Below the pieces are notes generated by a model, which saw only the letters and a program-made list of their open reading frames with translations, searched no databases and had not been told where the DNA came from. A DNA stretch of 59,440 nt from an uncultured Collinsella sp. (lineage in GTDB: Bacteria > Actinomycetota > Coriobacteriia > Coriobacteriales > Coriobacteriaceae). Numbering within the stretch: position 1 is the first letter of the stretch; the number at the start of each line of letters is the position of its first letter. Positions 18,321 through 28,013 of this stretch are shown piece after piece. The stretch is from positions 1 to 59,440 of the forward strand of contig CABQHZ010000001.1 in the NCBI GenBank assembly GCA_902464175.1, written 5' to 3'. Position numbers and translations under genes: made by a program.

Positions 18321-19778
18321 CTAACCGATCCAGCTGGCCGAAAGCGGGCCGCTGACGATGACCATGATGATGAGCACGATGAACACGAACGCCATCGCGC
18401 GGGGAAGCGGGGCTCCCGCAGCAACCTCTTCGCTCGGCTCGCCGGGCAGGCAATAGCCCATCCACTTAAGGAACCAGGCAAAGGTGGCGACGGTCTCGGC
18501 GACCATGATGCACACGAGCACCAGGATCGCGACGTTGCCGGCACCCACGGAAAAGCCGCCGGCGATGATCTGAAACTTCGAGAAGAACGTGTTCATGGGC
18601 GGCACGCCGGCAATGGCGAGTGCCGCGACACCAAAGCCCACGCCCGAGATCGGGTACTTCTTTACGATGCCGCGAAGCTTGGGCAGCATACGCGTGCCGA
18701 GCGTAAAGGAGAACGAACCGGCGATCAGGAAGAACAGCGTCTTGGCGAAAGCGTGGTTAAAGATGTGGCACACGGCACCATCAAAGGCCAGCTGGCTGCC
18801 AAAGACCGAAAGGCCCAGACCAAAGAACACATAGGAGAGCTGGGCGATCGTGGAGAAGGCCAGCAGGCGCTTCATGTCCTTTTGCGGCAGGTACATAAGG
18901 AAACCAAAGAGCATGGTGACCATGGCGTCGATAATGGCGACCCAGCCCACGATCTCGGGAATCTCGCCGGCAGAGACGAGTGCACGCGCGAACACGCACA
19001 CACCGACCTTGACCATCGAGGCACCATGCAGGTAGGCCGAAACAGGCGTCGGCGCCTCCATGGCCGAAGGCAGCCACATGTACATGGGAACCTGTGCGGA
19101 CTTGGCCCAGGCCGCAAACAGCACGAGCAAAAGGACGATGGCCTTGAGCTTGGCGTCGAGGCCGGCAATCGCGGTAATGGCGAAGGTACCGGTGTGGGCA
19201 AACACGATGGCGGCGCCCAGATACAGGCCGAGCGCACCGATATGCGTGATGATCAGGGCCTTCATGCCGGCCTTCTTGGCCGTAGGCGTCATGTAGTAGC
19301 TAATGAGGCCCCAAGAGCACGCACCCGTGATCTCAAAGAACACGAGCTGGCCCAAAAGGGTCGAGCTGTACACGAGGCCGGCCATGGCGCCGATGAAGGT
19401 CGCGAGGTACGCGTAGAAGCGACGACGCGGCGCATCGGGATGCTCGCGGTTATTCTCGCTCATATAGGGGATCGAATAGATCACGACAAGCAGGCCGATA
19501 CCCACAAAGGCGGGCGCGAGCAGCGTGCTCATGCGATCGAAAGTGAATCCCATGACGAGGGTCTGCCCAAACGAGATCAGGGGGACCTGCGTGTCGGGCA
19601 TGCCGGCGCCAGCGAAATTCGCGGCGAGGGCGATGGTGCAGACCGTCGAGACGGCGGCACCCAAAACGCTGAACCACTTGGCGTACGGACGGGGGAACAG
19701 GGCGACGAGCACCGAGGCCACCATCGGGGCCGCGATCGCGACCAAGCCGAGAAGGGACAGACTGACTGCAAATGACAT
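18321..19778 (-). CDS. hyfD: Hydrogenase-4 antiporter-like membrane subunit D
   Basis: FFEITGACSWGLI, WAKSAQVP, WLPSAMEAPTPVSAYLHGASMVKVG, NHAFAK. Confidence 0.92.
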   Translation of the reverse strand: MSFAVSLSLLGLVAIAAPMVASVLVALFPRPYAKWFSVLGAAVSTVCTIALAANFAGAGMPDTQVPLISFGQTLVMGFTFDRMSTLLAPAFVGIGLLVVIYSIPYMSENNREHPDAPRRRFYAYLATFIGAMAGLVYSSTLLGQLVFFEITGACSWGLISYYMTPTAKKAGMKALIITHIGALGLYLGAAIVFAHTGTFAITAIAGLDAKLKAIVLLLVLFAAWAKSAQVPMYMWLPSAMEAPTPVSAYLHGASMVKVGVCVFARALVSAGEIPEIVGWVAIIDAMVTMLFGFLMYLPQKDMKRLLAFSTIAQLSYVFFGLGLSVFGSQLAFDGAVCHIFNHAFAKTLFFLIAGSFSFTLGTRMLPKLRGIVKKYPISGVGFGVAALAIAGVPPMNTFFSKFQIIAGGFSVGAGNVAILVLVCIMVAETVATFAWFLKWMGYCLPGEPSEEVAAGAPLPRAMAFVFIVLIIMVIVSGPLSASWIG

Positions 19779-19793
19779 TGTTTCTCCCTTCTC

Positions 19794-20720
19794 CTACACG
19801 CCGACGACCACGAAGACAAACGCCAGAACGGCGATGCCCACGACGGCCCAGGTCTGATTGCCAAGCACCTTAAAACGCGAACGCGAGCAAGAGTTCTCGA
19901 TCACGCCGCATACGACAAAGTCGATAAGGCACTTCACCAGGAAGATGACCGCGCCCAGAACGGCGGCGGCGCCCACGGTCGCGGGCTCGCCCCAGGGGAC
20001 GAAGATCGCGCAGAACCAGGCGACGACCAGGACCTGCTTCATGGACATGGCAAGCTTGGCCATCGCAAGCGATGGGCCGGAAAGCTCGGCGAGCGGGCCT
20101 TCCTGAAGCTCCTGCTCGGCCTCGGCCTGATCAAACGGCAGCTTACCGAGCTCCATGTAGCAGGCAATCGCAAAGGCGATGCCGGCGAGGATCACGGCGA
20201 CCGGCGCGTCGATGGCGCCCGTCATGATGTGCTGGCCCATGGTGGCGATGTCGGTGGAACCGCACACCAGGGCGGCGGCAAACAGCGCCAGCAGCATGGA
20301 CGGCTCGATGAGCACGCTCATGAGCAGCTCTCGAACGCCGCCGATACCGGCGTAGGCGTTGGACGAATCCACACCGCAGAGGGCGAAGAAGAAGCGGGCG
20401 AGCGCCAGGCTGTACATGATGGTGATGGCGTCACCAAAGACCGGGATGGGGCTTTGTGCCGTAAAGAGCGGCAGGCCCATCGCGAGCATAAAGGCGACGG
20501 CGAAGAACAGCGGCGGCATAATGCGAAGCGCAAAGCTCGCGTCCTCGCTCTGGGACTCGGGGCGCGCAAAGAGCTTGGCCAGGTCGCGGTAGTCCTGCAT
20601 GATGCTGGGGCCGCGACGGTTGTGCATCTTGGCGCGAATCACGCGGCCGAGACCGGAGAAGAACGGCGCGACGGCCATGACGACCACGCCCTGCAGAACG
20701 GCAAGTACGATGTTGTTCAT
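19794..20720 (-). CDS. hyfC: Hydrogenase-4 membrane subunit C (NuoH-like, HyfC/HycD)
   Basis: RAKMHNRRGPSIMQDYRDLAKL, GKLPFDQAEAEQELQEGPLAE. Confidence 0.93.
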   Translation of the reverse strand: MNNIVLAVLQGVVVMAVAPFFSGLGRVIRAKMHNRRGPSIMQDYRDLAKLFARPESQSEDASFALRIMPPLFFAVAFMLAMGLPLFTAQSPIPVFGDAITIMYSLALARFFFALCGVDSSNAYAGIGGVRELLMSVLIEPSMLLALFAAALVCGSTDIATMGQHIMTGAIDAPVAVILAGIAFAIACYMELGKLPFDQAEAEQELQEGPLAELSGPSLAMAKLAMSMKQVLVVAWFCAIFVPWGEPATVGAAAVLGAVIFLVKCLIDFVVCGVIENSCSRSRFKVLGNQTWAVVGIAVLAFVFVVVGV

Positions 20721-20732
20721 GCTCTCCCCTCC

Positions 20733-22751
20733 TTAACCCATTTGCACGGCGAGCACGAGGAACACCACGAGTGCCGCGACGATGTAGCAGATATAGATGC
20801 TGTAGTTGCCGCCCTCGAGCTTAGTCGCGAGGTCGGCGAGCTTCTCGACACCCTTATGCGGGGCATCGACGAGAACCTTGTCGGGTACGGGCTCCACAGC
20901 CTCGGCCACACCGGTGAGCTTCTGGAAGAAGTGCGCGATGGACCAGCAGACGGCCGTGCAGCGGTCGCGCAGCGTGTAGAGCGGCTGCATAAACCAGGAA
21001 ACCTCGGAGGCAAAGGTCGTGGCCACGACGGGCATATGCTCGTTGGGAGCATAGCCGCATGCCCACGGCTGGGACTTCTGCACCTTGCCGACGGTCTTGA
21101 GCTTGCGATAACCGCAGGCAAGGCCGACAAGCACCACGAGCGCAATGGCGATCGCAGGCGTGGAGGTGGCAGCGCCGGAGTACTGGTTCATGAGCTCCAT
21201 GCCCTCGGCGGCAAACACGCCGCCGTACGGATGCAGCACGGACGCGGCGACGTCGACCAGAACGGGCGCGATCACGGGAGCGCCGATGCCCAGCACGACG
21301 CAGATGGCCGCGAGCAGGCCTTGTGCAAACACCATGGGGGCGGGAACCTCCTTGGCATTGGCCGCGACCTCGGAGCGGGGCGCGGAGGCAAAGGAGACGC
21401 CATAGGCCTTGACGAAGCACGTGACGGCCAGAGCGCCGGTAATGGCAAGCGCGACGGCAGCGAACACGGCCACGATCATGACGGCCTTGTCACCCTGCAT
21501 GGCGGCATTAAACAGCGACTGGTAGGTAAACCACTCGGACACAAAACCGTTGAAGGGCGGGATGGCCGAGATGGCAAGCGCGCCAATAAGGAAGCAGATG
21601 GCCGTTGCCGGCATACGGCGGAACAGACCGCCCATCTTTTCCATGTTGCGCGTGCCCGTCGAGTACAGCAGCGCGCCGGCACCCAAGAACAGCTCGCCCT
21701 TAAACATGGCGTGGTTAAACGTGTGGTAGAGGGCGGCCATCAGGGCCAGGACGGCGACACCGACCGAGTCGAGCGCCATGGCGGCCATGGAGGCGCCCAC
21801 GCCGAGCAGGATGATGCCGATGTTCTCGACGGAGTGGTAGGCCAGCAGGCGCTTGATGTCATGCTCCTGCAGAGCGAAGGCAACGCCGAGGACCGACGAG
21901 ATCGCACCGAAGACCATGACCATGAGGCCCCACCAGACCTGAACGCCCGAGGCGCTCAGCAGGTCGAGACCCACCTTGAGAATGCCGAAAATACCGATCT
22001 TGATCATGCCGCCGGACATGAGGGCCGACACGTTGGACGGCGCCTCGGGGTGCGCCTTGGGCAGCCAGCCGTGCAGCGGGATAATGCCGGCCTTGGCGCC
22101 AAAGCCAAAGAAGGCAAGCACGAAGCACACGGATGCGACCGCGGGGCTAAACTGCGTCGCGCGGAAATCGGCAAACGCGAACGAGCCGCCAGCGAAGTTG
22201 GTCATGGTGAGGAAACTCGCCATGATGAGCACAAAGCCAACGTGCGCGATGACAAAGTAGAGCCAACCGCCGTGGATGGAGTTCTCGTTCTCCTCGATCA
22301 CGACGAGGAAGTACGAGGTGAGCGACATGAGCTCAAAGGCAACCAGGAACCAGAACACGTTGTCGGCCGTGATGACGAGCATCATCGAGGCGACAAACGT
22401 GTTAAAGAAGAAGCCAGCGCGGCCCTTCTTGCCCGGATACTCATCAAAGTAATTGAAACCGTAGATCGATCCGGCAAACGCCAACACCGAGATGAGCATC
22501 ACAAAGACACCGGCCAGCTGGTTGAGCAACAGCTGGAAATGCGCGAACGGGAAGAAGACGATCGTGTCGACCGACGTGACGTCGCCGAGCACGGCCTGAA
22601 TGCCGGCCACAAAGGAGAGCACCGCGGCGACGGCGCCGATAAGGCAGCCGGCGGTCTTGGCGGCGTTGTCGGCCTTGATCAGCAGAACCGAGGCGAGCGC
22701 ACCGATGCACGAGACGGCAAGCGATGCGATAAACAGCGTCATGCTATCCAT
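20733..22751 (-). CDS. hyfB: Hydrogenase-4 membrane subunit B (HyfB/HycC)
   Basis: ELMSLTSYFLV, GFGAKAGIIPLHGWLPKAHPEAPSNVSALMSG, KRLLAYHSVENIG, WACGY. Confidence 0.93.
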   Translation of the reverse strand: MDSMTLFIASLAVSCIGALASVLLIKADNAAKTAGCLIGAVAAVLSFVAGIQAVLGDVTSVDTIVFFPFAHFQLLLNQLAGVFVMLISVLAFAGSIYGFNYFDEYPGKKGRAGFFFNTFVASMMLVITADNVFWFLVAFELMSLTSYFLVVIEENENSIHGGWLYFVIAHVGFVLIMASFLTMTNFAGGSFAFADFRATQFSPAVASVCFVLAFFGFGAKAGIIPLHGWLPKAHPEAPSNVSALMSGGMIKIGIFGILKVGLDLLSASGVQVWWGLMVMVFGAISSVLGVAFALQEHDIKRLLAYHSVENIGIILLGVGASMAAMALDSVGVAVLALMAALYHTFNHAMFKGELFLGAGALLYSTGTRNMEKMGGLFRRMPATAICFLIGALAISAIPPFNGFVSEWFTYQSLFNAAMQGDKAVMIVAVFAAVALAITGALAVTCFVKAYGVSFASAPRSEVAANAKEVPAPMVFAQGLLAAICVVLGIGAPVIAPVLVDVAASVLHPYGGVFAAEGMELMNQYSGAATSTPAIAIALVVLVGLACGYRKLKTVGKVQKSQPWACGYAPNEHMPVVATTFASEVSWFMQPLYTLRDRCTAVCWSIAHFFQKLTGVAEAVEPVPDKVLVDAPHKGVEKLADLATKLEGGNYSIYICYIVAALVVFLVLAVQMG

Positions 22752-23361
22752 TGTTTACGCTCCCTTCTGCTTTCTCGGACAGGCCCTGGGCCACAGCCGC
22801 CACGTCGACAGACGGACCGTTCTCGATCGAACGCAGGCGCTTGGCCTCGTCGAGCTCGCGATCGGCCGCGCCGCCCATGACGGTAAGCGCCTTGGTGGGG
22901 CACGCCGCCACGCAGTGGGGGCCATCCGGGTCGAAGGCACACAGGTCGCACTTGACGGCGCAGGTGTACTGACCGGGCGCCCACGTGAGCAGGCTGCTCA
23001 GGGACTTGGGGTAGGACGGTGTCGGGTCGCACATGCCTGCGACACCGGCGATAGACGTGCCATCGGGATGGATGGCTCCGAAGGGGCACGCGATGGCGCA
23101 CAGCCTGCACCCGATGCACTCCTGCTCCTTAACGTGGATGCGGTCGCCATCGTGCTCGATGGCGTTCACCGGGCAAACCTCGGCGCAGGGGGCACCCTCG
23201 CAATGGTGGCAGGCAAGGGCGGCCGAAATGCCGCCGGTCTTCACGAGCGCCAGACGCGGCGTGTCCTGAAGACCCTGCATCCGGTGGGCGTCGGCACAGG
23301 CGGACTGGCATGTTCCGCAGCCGATGCACCTCTCCGGGTTGATGTCGATGAAGCGGTTCAT
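22744..23361 (-). CDS. hyfA: 4x[4Fe-4S] electron-transfer subunit (HyfA/HycB)
   Basis: CIGCGTCQSAC, CHHCEGAPCAEVCP, CIGCRLCAIACP, KCDLC...CVAACP. Confidence 0.9.
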   Translation of the reverse strand: MNRFIDINPERCIGCGTCQSACADAHRMQGLQDTPRLALVKTGGISAALACHHCEGAPCAEVCPVNAIEHDGDRIHVKEQECIGCRLCAIACPFGAIHPDGTSIAGVAGMCDPTPSYPKSLSSLLTWAPGQYTCAVKCDLCAFDPDGPHCVAACPTKALTVMGGAADRELDEAKRLRSIENGPSVDVAAVAQGLSEKAEGSVNNG

Positions 23362-23439
23362 CCCCACTTCCTTTCAAAGTAACGGGCCGGGCGCCCGATG
23401 CGCTTGGACGCCCGGCCCAAAAAGCCAACGAGAACGGGA

Positions 23440-25662
23440 CTACACGATTTGATTCACGTGCGTCTCGTCGTCGAACTTTGCGGCACCGGGCTCAACGTCC
23501 TGGGGAGCGGCGGCGTCGACCAGAGCCTGCTTGAGCTCGGTGTACTGACGCTCGACCTCGCCCTCGGCCCAGACCTGGTCGGCAATGGCGTCGACCTGGC
23601 AGGCGGAGAACTTGTCCTCGGGCGTATGCGAGACCGGGTCGACCTTGTGCATGGTCAGCTCGTTGCACTTGCCGATCCACCACTGGTAGGTCATATAGAC
23701 CGTGCCCTTGTTGATGCGGTCGCTCACGTCGGCGCGGCTGTATACCTGGCCGCGGCGGCTGTGAATCGAGACGATGTCGCCGTTCTTGATACCGCGCGCC
23801 TGGGCGTCCGCGGGATTCATGCGGACAAAGCCGGGCTCGTCGGCGAGCAGCGCCAGCGTCTTGCAGTTGCCGGTCATCGAGCGGCAGCTGTAGTGGCCAA
23901 CCTCGCGGACGGTGCACAGGATGAGCGGGTACTCATCGTCGGGAAGCTCGGAGGGCGCCTCCCAATCGTGCGCCATCAGGTTGGCGCGGCCGTCCTTGGT
24001 GGTGAACTTGCCGCCGGCGAACATGTCGGCCGTGCCGTGGTCGTGCACATCGGTGCTCTTGACCGGCCACTGGGCGTAACCGCCCTCGGGGGCCATCTTC
24101 TCGTAGGTCGCGCCCACAAAGTTGGGGCACAGGCTAATGCACTCGTTCCAGATCTGCTCGGTGTTGTCGTAGTGCATGGGGTATCCCATACGCGTGGACA
24201 GGTCCGCGAAGATCTCCCAGTCGTGACGGCACTCGCCCTTGGGCGGAACGGCCGCGTCAAAGTGCTGGAAGCTACGGTCGGATGCGGTAAAGACACCCTC
24301 GTGCTCGCCCCAAGAGGTGGCAGGCAGGATGACGTCGGCGAGCATGGTCGTCTGCGTCATAAAGATGTCCTGGCAAATGAACAGATCCAGCTCGGATAGC
24401 GTCTTGCGCATACCGGCCGAATCGGGCTCGGTCTGAACCGGGTCCTCGCCGTAGTTGTAGAAGCAGTGCACCTTGCCCTCGTCGACCAGGTGACCCAGGT
24501 CGGTGAGCTTGTAGCCCTCCTCCAAGGGGAGCTTTTCCTCGGGCACGCCCCAAGCCTTGGCAAACTTGGCGCGCACGGCGGGGTCGGTGACTTTTTGGTA
24601 GCCAGGGTAGAGGTTGGGCAGCATGCCCATATCGCAGGAGCCCTGGACGTTGTTCTGGCCACGCACGGGCGCGAGTCCGGAATTGGGTTTGCCGATCTGG
24701 CCGGCAACGCAGGCGATGGAGGCGATGGTGTGCACCGTCTTCAGGTTCTGCTTCTGCTGACACACGCCCATGCCCCAGCCAATGATGGCAGAGGGCTTCG
24801 CCGTGGCGTACATCTCGGCAGCTTGGTGGATCAACGCGGGCTCGACACCCGTGATGTCCTGTACGGATTCGGGAGTGTAGTTCTTGATGGTCTCCCACCA
24901 CTCGTCAAAGCCGTTCGTGTGCTCGGCGACGAATTGCTTGTCGTAGAGGCCATCGTTGACCAAGCAGTTGGCAAAGGCGTTGAGGAACGCCACGTTGCAA
25001 CCGTTCTTGATCGGAAGGTAGATGTCAGCGATACGCGCGGTTTCTATATGGCGCGGGTCGGCGACGATGATCTTGCAACCCTTTTCTTTGGCTCGCACGA
25101 TACGCCTAGCGACGATCGGGTGCGAATCGGCAGGGTTATAGCCGAAGAGGAATATGCAGCCCGCATCCTCCATACCGGGGATGGAGCAAGACATGCAACC
25201 TGAACCAACCGTGTCCATCAGACCGAGGACAGTAGGGCCGTGTCAAGTACGGGCGCAGTTGTCCACGCTGTGGGTGCCGATGCACGCACGCGTAAACTTC
25301 TGCATGACGTAGTTCGCCTCATTGCCGCCGCCTCGCGAAGAGCCGGTGGTCATGACGGCGTTAGGACCATATTCGTCAATTATGGCCTGCATCTTAGATG
25401 CGGTGAAATCCAGTGCCTCGTCCCAGCTTACACGCTCAAGATCCGCGCCCTTGGTGCGACGGATCATCGGGTGCAGCACGCGGGGAGTCAAGATCTTGGT
25501 GTCGTTGATGAAGTCGTAGCCGCTCATGCCTTTCAGGCACAGCTCGCCCTGATTGGTGATGCCGTTAAGCGGTTCGGTACCCACGACCTGGCCGTTTTGG
25601 ACCAGGAGGTTAAACTGGCAACCGGCGCCGCAATACGGGCAGATCACTTTATGCTTCTCCAT
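23440..25662 (-). CDS. fdhF: Formate dehydrogenase H, selenocysteine-containing (740 aa; UGA at 25243-25245)
   Basis: ORF-track pieces 25243..25770 and 23440..25218 are in the same frame. Read-through gives DNCART-U-HGPTVLGLMDTVGSG (E. coli FdhF has CARV-U-HGPS). N-terminal CPYCGAGC...LCLKG; RGQNNVQG. Confidence 0.95.
25212..25231 (-). promoter_or_regulatory. SECIS element of fdhF
   Basis: Starts after an 11-nt spacer 3' of the UGA: TGTCC-TC-GGTCT-GA-T-GGACA. Loop and spacing resemble the E. coli fdhF SECIS. Confidence 0.75.
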
Positions 25663-25738
25663 GACACCCTCCTTCCTTTCGGTACTACCGATTATTCGGT
25701 ACTTTTTTGACAATCGTTGGGCTTGTTGGGTCGGCTGC

Positions 25739-26257
25739 CTACGCCTCGTTTTCAATCGTGGCGCGGGCACGCTCGGCGGTCAGCTCCGCCAGACGCTCCT
25801 CGTCCACCAAGGAAAGGCCCTTGGTCGGGCAGGCCTCGGCACATGCCGGGCCGCCGGGACGATCGACGCACAGGTCGCACTTAAGCACAAAGCTCTTGGT
25901 CTGCGACCCCACGCGCACATCGCCCATCAAGACGGGGACCTGTGTGGTCGCCACGCTCACGGCGCCAAAGGGGCAAGCCATGACGCAGCTCTTGCAGCCG
26001 ATGCAGTTGTCCTCGTTCACACCGATGCGATGGTTCTTTGGATCAAAGAACAGCGCGCCCGTGGGGCATGCCTTGGCGCACGGAGCGTCCTCGCAGTGAT
26101 GGCAGGCCACCGGTGCGGAAATCTCGTAGGTGCGCGTCACGCGGAGGCGCGGTGCGGCGATGTTGCCGGGGATGTCGTGCGCCTCGATGCACGCCGCCAT
26201 GCAGGTTTGACACCCAATGCAGCGCGAGGAATCGGCTACGACTCGTTTATTGCCCAT
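25739..26257 (-). CDS. hydN: HydN-like 4x[4Fe-4S] electron transport protein
   Basis: CIGCQTCMAAC, CHHCEDAPCAKACP, CIGCKSCVMACPFG, KCDLC...ACAEACPT. Start ATG 26257 with SD AGGAGGG. Confidence 0.85.
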   Translation of the reverse strand: MGNKRVVADSSRCIGCQTCMAACIEAHDIPGNIAAPRLRVTRTYEISAPVACHHCEDAPCAKACPTGALFFDPKNHRIGVNEDNCIGCKSCVMACPFGAVSVATTQVPVLMGDVRVGSQTKSFVLKCDLCVDRPGGPACAEACPTKGLSLVDEERLAELTAERARATIENEA

Positions 26258-26564
26258 GTTGTTCACTCCCTCCTGAATCCCATGCCGGAGAGACCCTGTC
26301 GACGTTGCCCCGGACCGCCCGTGGTCCGGCATCGGCGTATCGAGAGCATGCGGCGAAACAGGCACTCGGTAGAATATCTCCAACGGTATACAGGTTAAAT
26401 ATACGCAGTTGCAGGGGGTAAACTTGAGCATAGGCCCTGCATTACGGGTGTATTGCAGGGGTTTGGGCTGGTTAGGATTATTCTCAATAGGATATAAAAG
26501 CGAGTGTATTACACGCGTACGCCCAACAAAGATTTCACGCTCGCTTCTGAAGGATGTAGTACGT

Positions 26565-26582
26565 TTGTAATAATGTTCACAC
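26565..26582. promoter_or_regulatory. Possible Rex- or CRP/FNR-type operator in the AT-rich divergent promoter region of the FHL operon
   Basis: TTGTAAT-AATG-TTCACAC compared with the Rex consensus TTGTGAA-N4-TTCACAA. Confidence 0.35.
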
Positions 26583-26685
26583 TCAATTACTCGAGTGCAA
26601 TAAAGTAGTTGTTATAAGATTGGCAATTACTAGCCGAAGCTGTATTTGACTATTCATATTGCACGCTCATTAAGGGAGGCCAGTG

Positions 26686-27009
26686 ATGTCATCGACTCAA
26701 AAACGAGCCATCCTGCAGGTGCGCATTCGCGAGGAAGACAAGCAGCATGCTGAGCGTCTCTACGACGCCATGGGCACATCGCTCGCCGAGGCCGTCCGTC
26801 TATTTGTCGCGCAGAGCATTTTGATGCGCAAGCTCCCCTTTCAGCCGGTCGCCGTGCGCTCAAAGGACGGCACCGCCGCCTATGGATCGCTCAAAGCATA
26901 TGGGGACCCCAATCGCCGCTCCGAGGAGCGCAACGCCTGGATTGAATACCTTGCTACAGAAAGCGACGATTCGATTTTGGGTCCCGAGGAAGTAGATATC
27001 CATGAGTAG
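26686..27009 (+). CDS. RelB/DinJ-family antitoxin
   Basis: LQVRIREEDKQHAERLYDAMGTSLAEAVRLFVAQSILMRKLPF (ribbon-helix-helix RelB/DinJ pattern). SD GGGAGG; overlaps the downstream PIN gene. Confidence 0.8.
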   Translation: MSSTQKRAILQVRIREEDKQHAERLYDAMGTSLAEAVRLFVAQSILMRKLPFQPVAVRSKDGTAAYGSLKAYGDPNRRSEERNAWIEYLATESDDSILGPEEVDIHE

Positions 27010-27457
27010 CACCATCATCGACGAGACCGTCATCCTGCGCTATCTGCTCGACGACGACGAGGTCCTGTCGCCGCGCGCCGCCAAGGTCATCGCCACGCGC
27101 ACCGCTCGCGTCTACCCCGAGATCATCACGCGCGTCGTGGTCACGCTGCGCGACGTCTATAAGGTTCCCCGCGTTGAGATTGCTGCGGCCATGAAAAGGC
27201 TGCTCGATGACGTCATGGTCGACGAGCCCACCGTTATCGCCCTTGCTATCAAACTGTTCGGCAAAACGCATATGGACTTTACCGACTGTCTACTTGCCGC
27301 CCGTACCGCTATCTACAACGATGATGTCGTGAGCTTTGGCAAACCCATCATCCAAGGCATGATCGATTACCGCCGCAAGCGCCAAACCGCAGCCGAAGCC
27401 CGCAGCCGCAGCATCGACTCCACCATCGACAAGCTCCGCCGTCGCCCCCGCAGCTAA
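27002..27457 (+). CDS. PIN-domain (VapC-like) protein
   Basis: IIDETVILRYLLDDD...MDFTDCLLAA...VVSFGK; PIN fold pattern with a partly degenerate active site. Confidence 0.78.
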   Translation: MSSTIIDETVILRYLLDDDEVLSPRAAKVIATRTARVYPEIITRVVVTLRDVYKVPRVEIAAAMKRLLDDVMVDEPTVIALAIKLFGKTHMDFTDCLLAARTAIYNDDVVSFGKPIIQGMIDYRRKRQTAAEARSRSIDSTIDKLRRRPRS

Positions 27458-27514
27458 CCCCATGCCCACCTAAGTTGCGGTGCGGGATCGATTTCCGTCA
27501 CCCGGCACACTTAT

Positions 27515-27783
27515 GAAAATGGCTCTGTTCCCAAAAGGAAGCAGAGCCATTCATCTATCTTGTGGAGCGGGCGACGGGAAGTCCAAGGATTTGCGAAGCA
27601 AATCCTTGTTTCGCTGCGGGCCTTCGGCCCTTGCGTGCTGCGCTGGAAAATGCTCACGCATTTTCTCAGCTCCGCACCCTGGCGGGTTCGATTCCCGTCG
27701 CCCGGCGCGTAAACGAAAACAGCTCTGATCCCCAAAGGAAACCAAAGCCGTTAAAACAATTCTTATGGAGCGGGCGACGGGAA
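27515..27783. repeat. tRNA-Gly 3'-end-derived repeat: degenerate direct duplication of tRNA 3' end + trailer hairpin, with an internal inverted copy of the T-arm/acceptor and several small hairpins
   Basis: TGGAGCGGGCGACGGGAA occurs at 27563-27580 and 27766-27783. GCGGGTTCGATTCCCGTCGCCCG lies on the + strand at ~27682-27704. The upstream flanks 27515-27562 and 27716-27765 are similar. Confidence 0.75.
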
Positions 27784-27839
27784 TCGAACCCGCGTCATCA
27801 GCTTGGAAGGCTGGGGTTCTACCATTGAACTACGCCCGC
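27766..27839 (-). tRNA. tRNA-Gly (TCC)
   Basis: GCGGGCGTAGTTCAATGGTAGAACCCCAGCCTTCCAAGCTGATGACGCGGGTTCGATTCCCGTCGCCCGCTCCA. Confidence 0.97.
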
Positions 27840-27845
27840 AAGATA

Positions 27846-27922
27846 TGGTCGGGACGACAGGATTTGAACCTGCGACATCCTGCTCCCAAAGCAGGCGCGC
27901 TACCAAACTGCGCCACGTCCCG
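27846..27922 (-). tRNA. tRNA-Pro (TGG)
   Basis: CGGGACGTGGCGCAGTTTGGTAGCGCGCCTGCTTTGGGAGCAGGATGTCGCAGGTTCAAATCCTGTCGTCCCGACCA. Confidence 0.97.
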
Positions 27923-28013
27923 AAGGTGTTGAGCAGCTAAGGTCTAAACCTTGCGTGTCCCAAAGCGAAGGAAATTATAGGGGAGACTCCCCGCCTGTGC
28001 AAGCATTGATGTC

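Noticed and set aside
23385..23423. Hairpin between fdhF and hyfA as a terminator
   Set aside because: On the coding strand the U-run precedes rather than follows the stem; more likely an mRNA stability or processing element.
23440..25770. fdhF as a split gene or pseudogene
   Set aside because: The only interruption is an in-frame UGA at the Sec position, with a SECIS and complete sel machinery nearby.
27563..27783. Prophage or integrative island at tRNA-Gly
   Set aside because: The direct repeats are only ~200 bp apart, and no integrase or phage genes are in the window.
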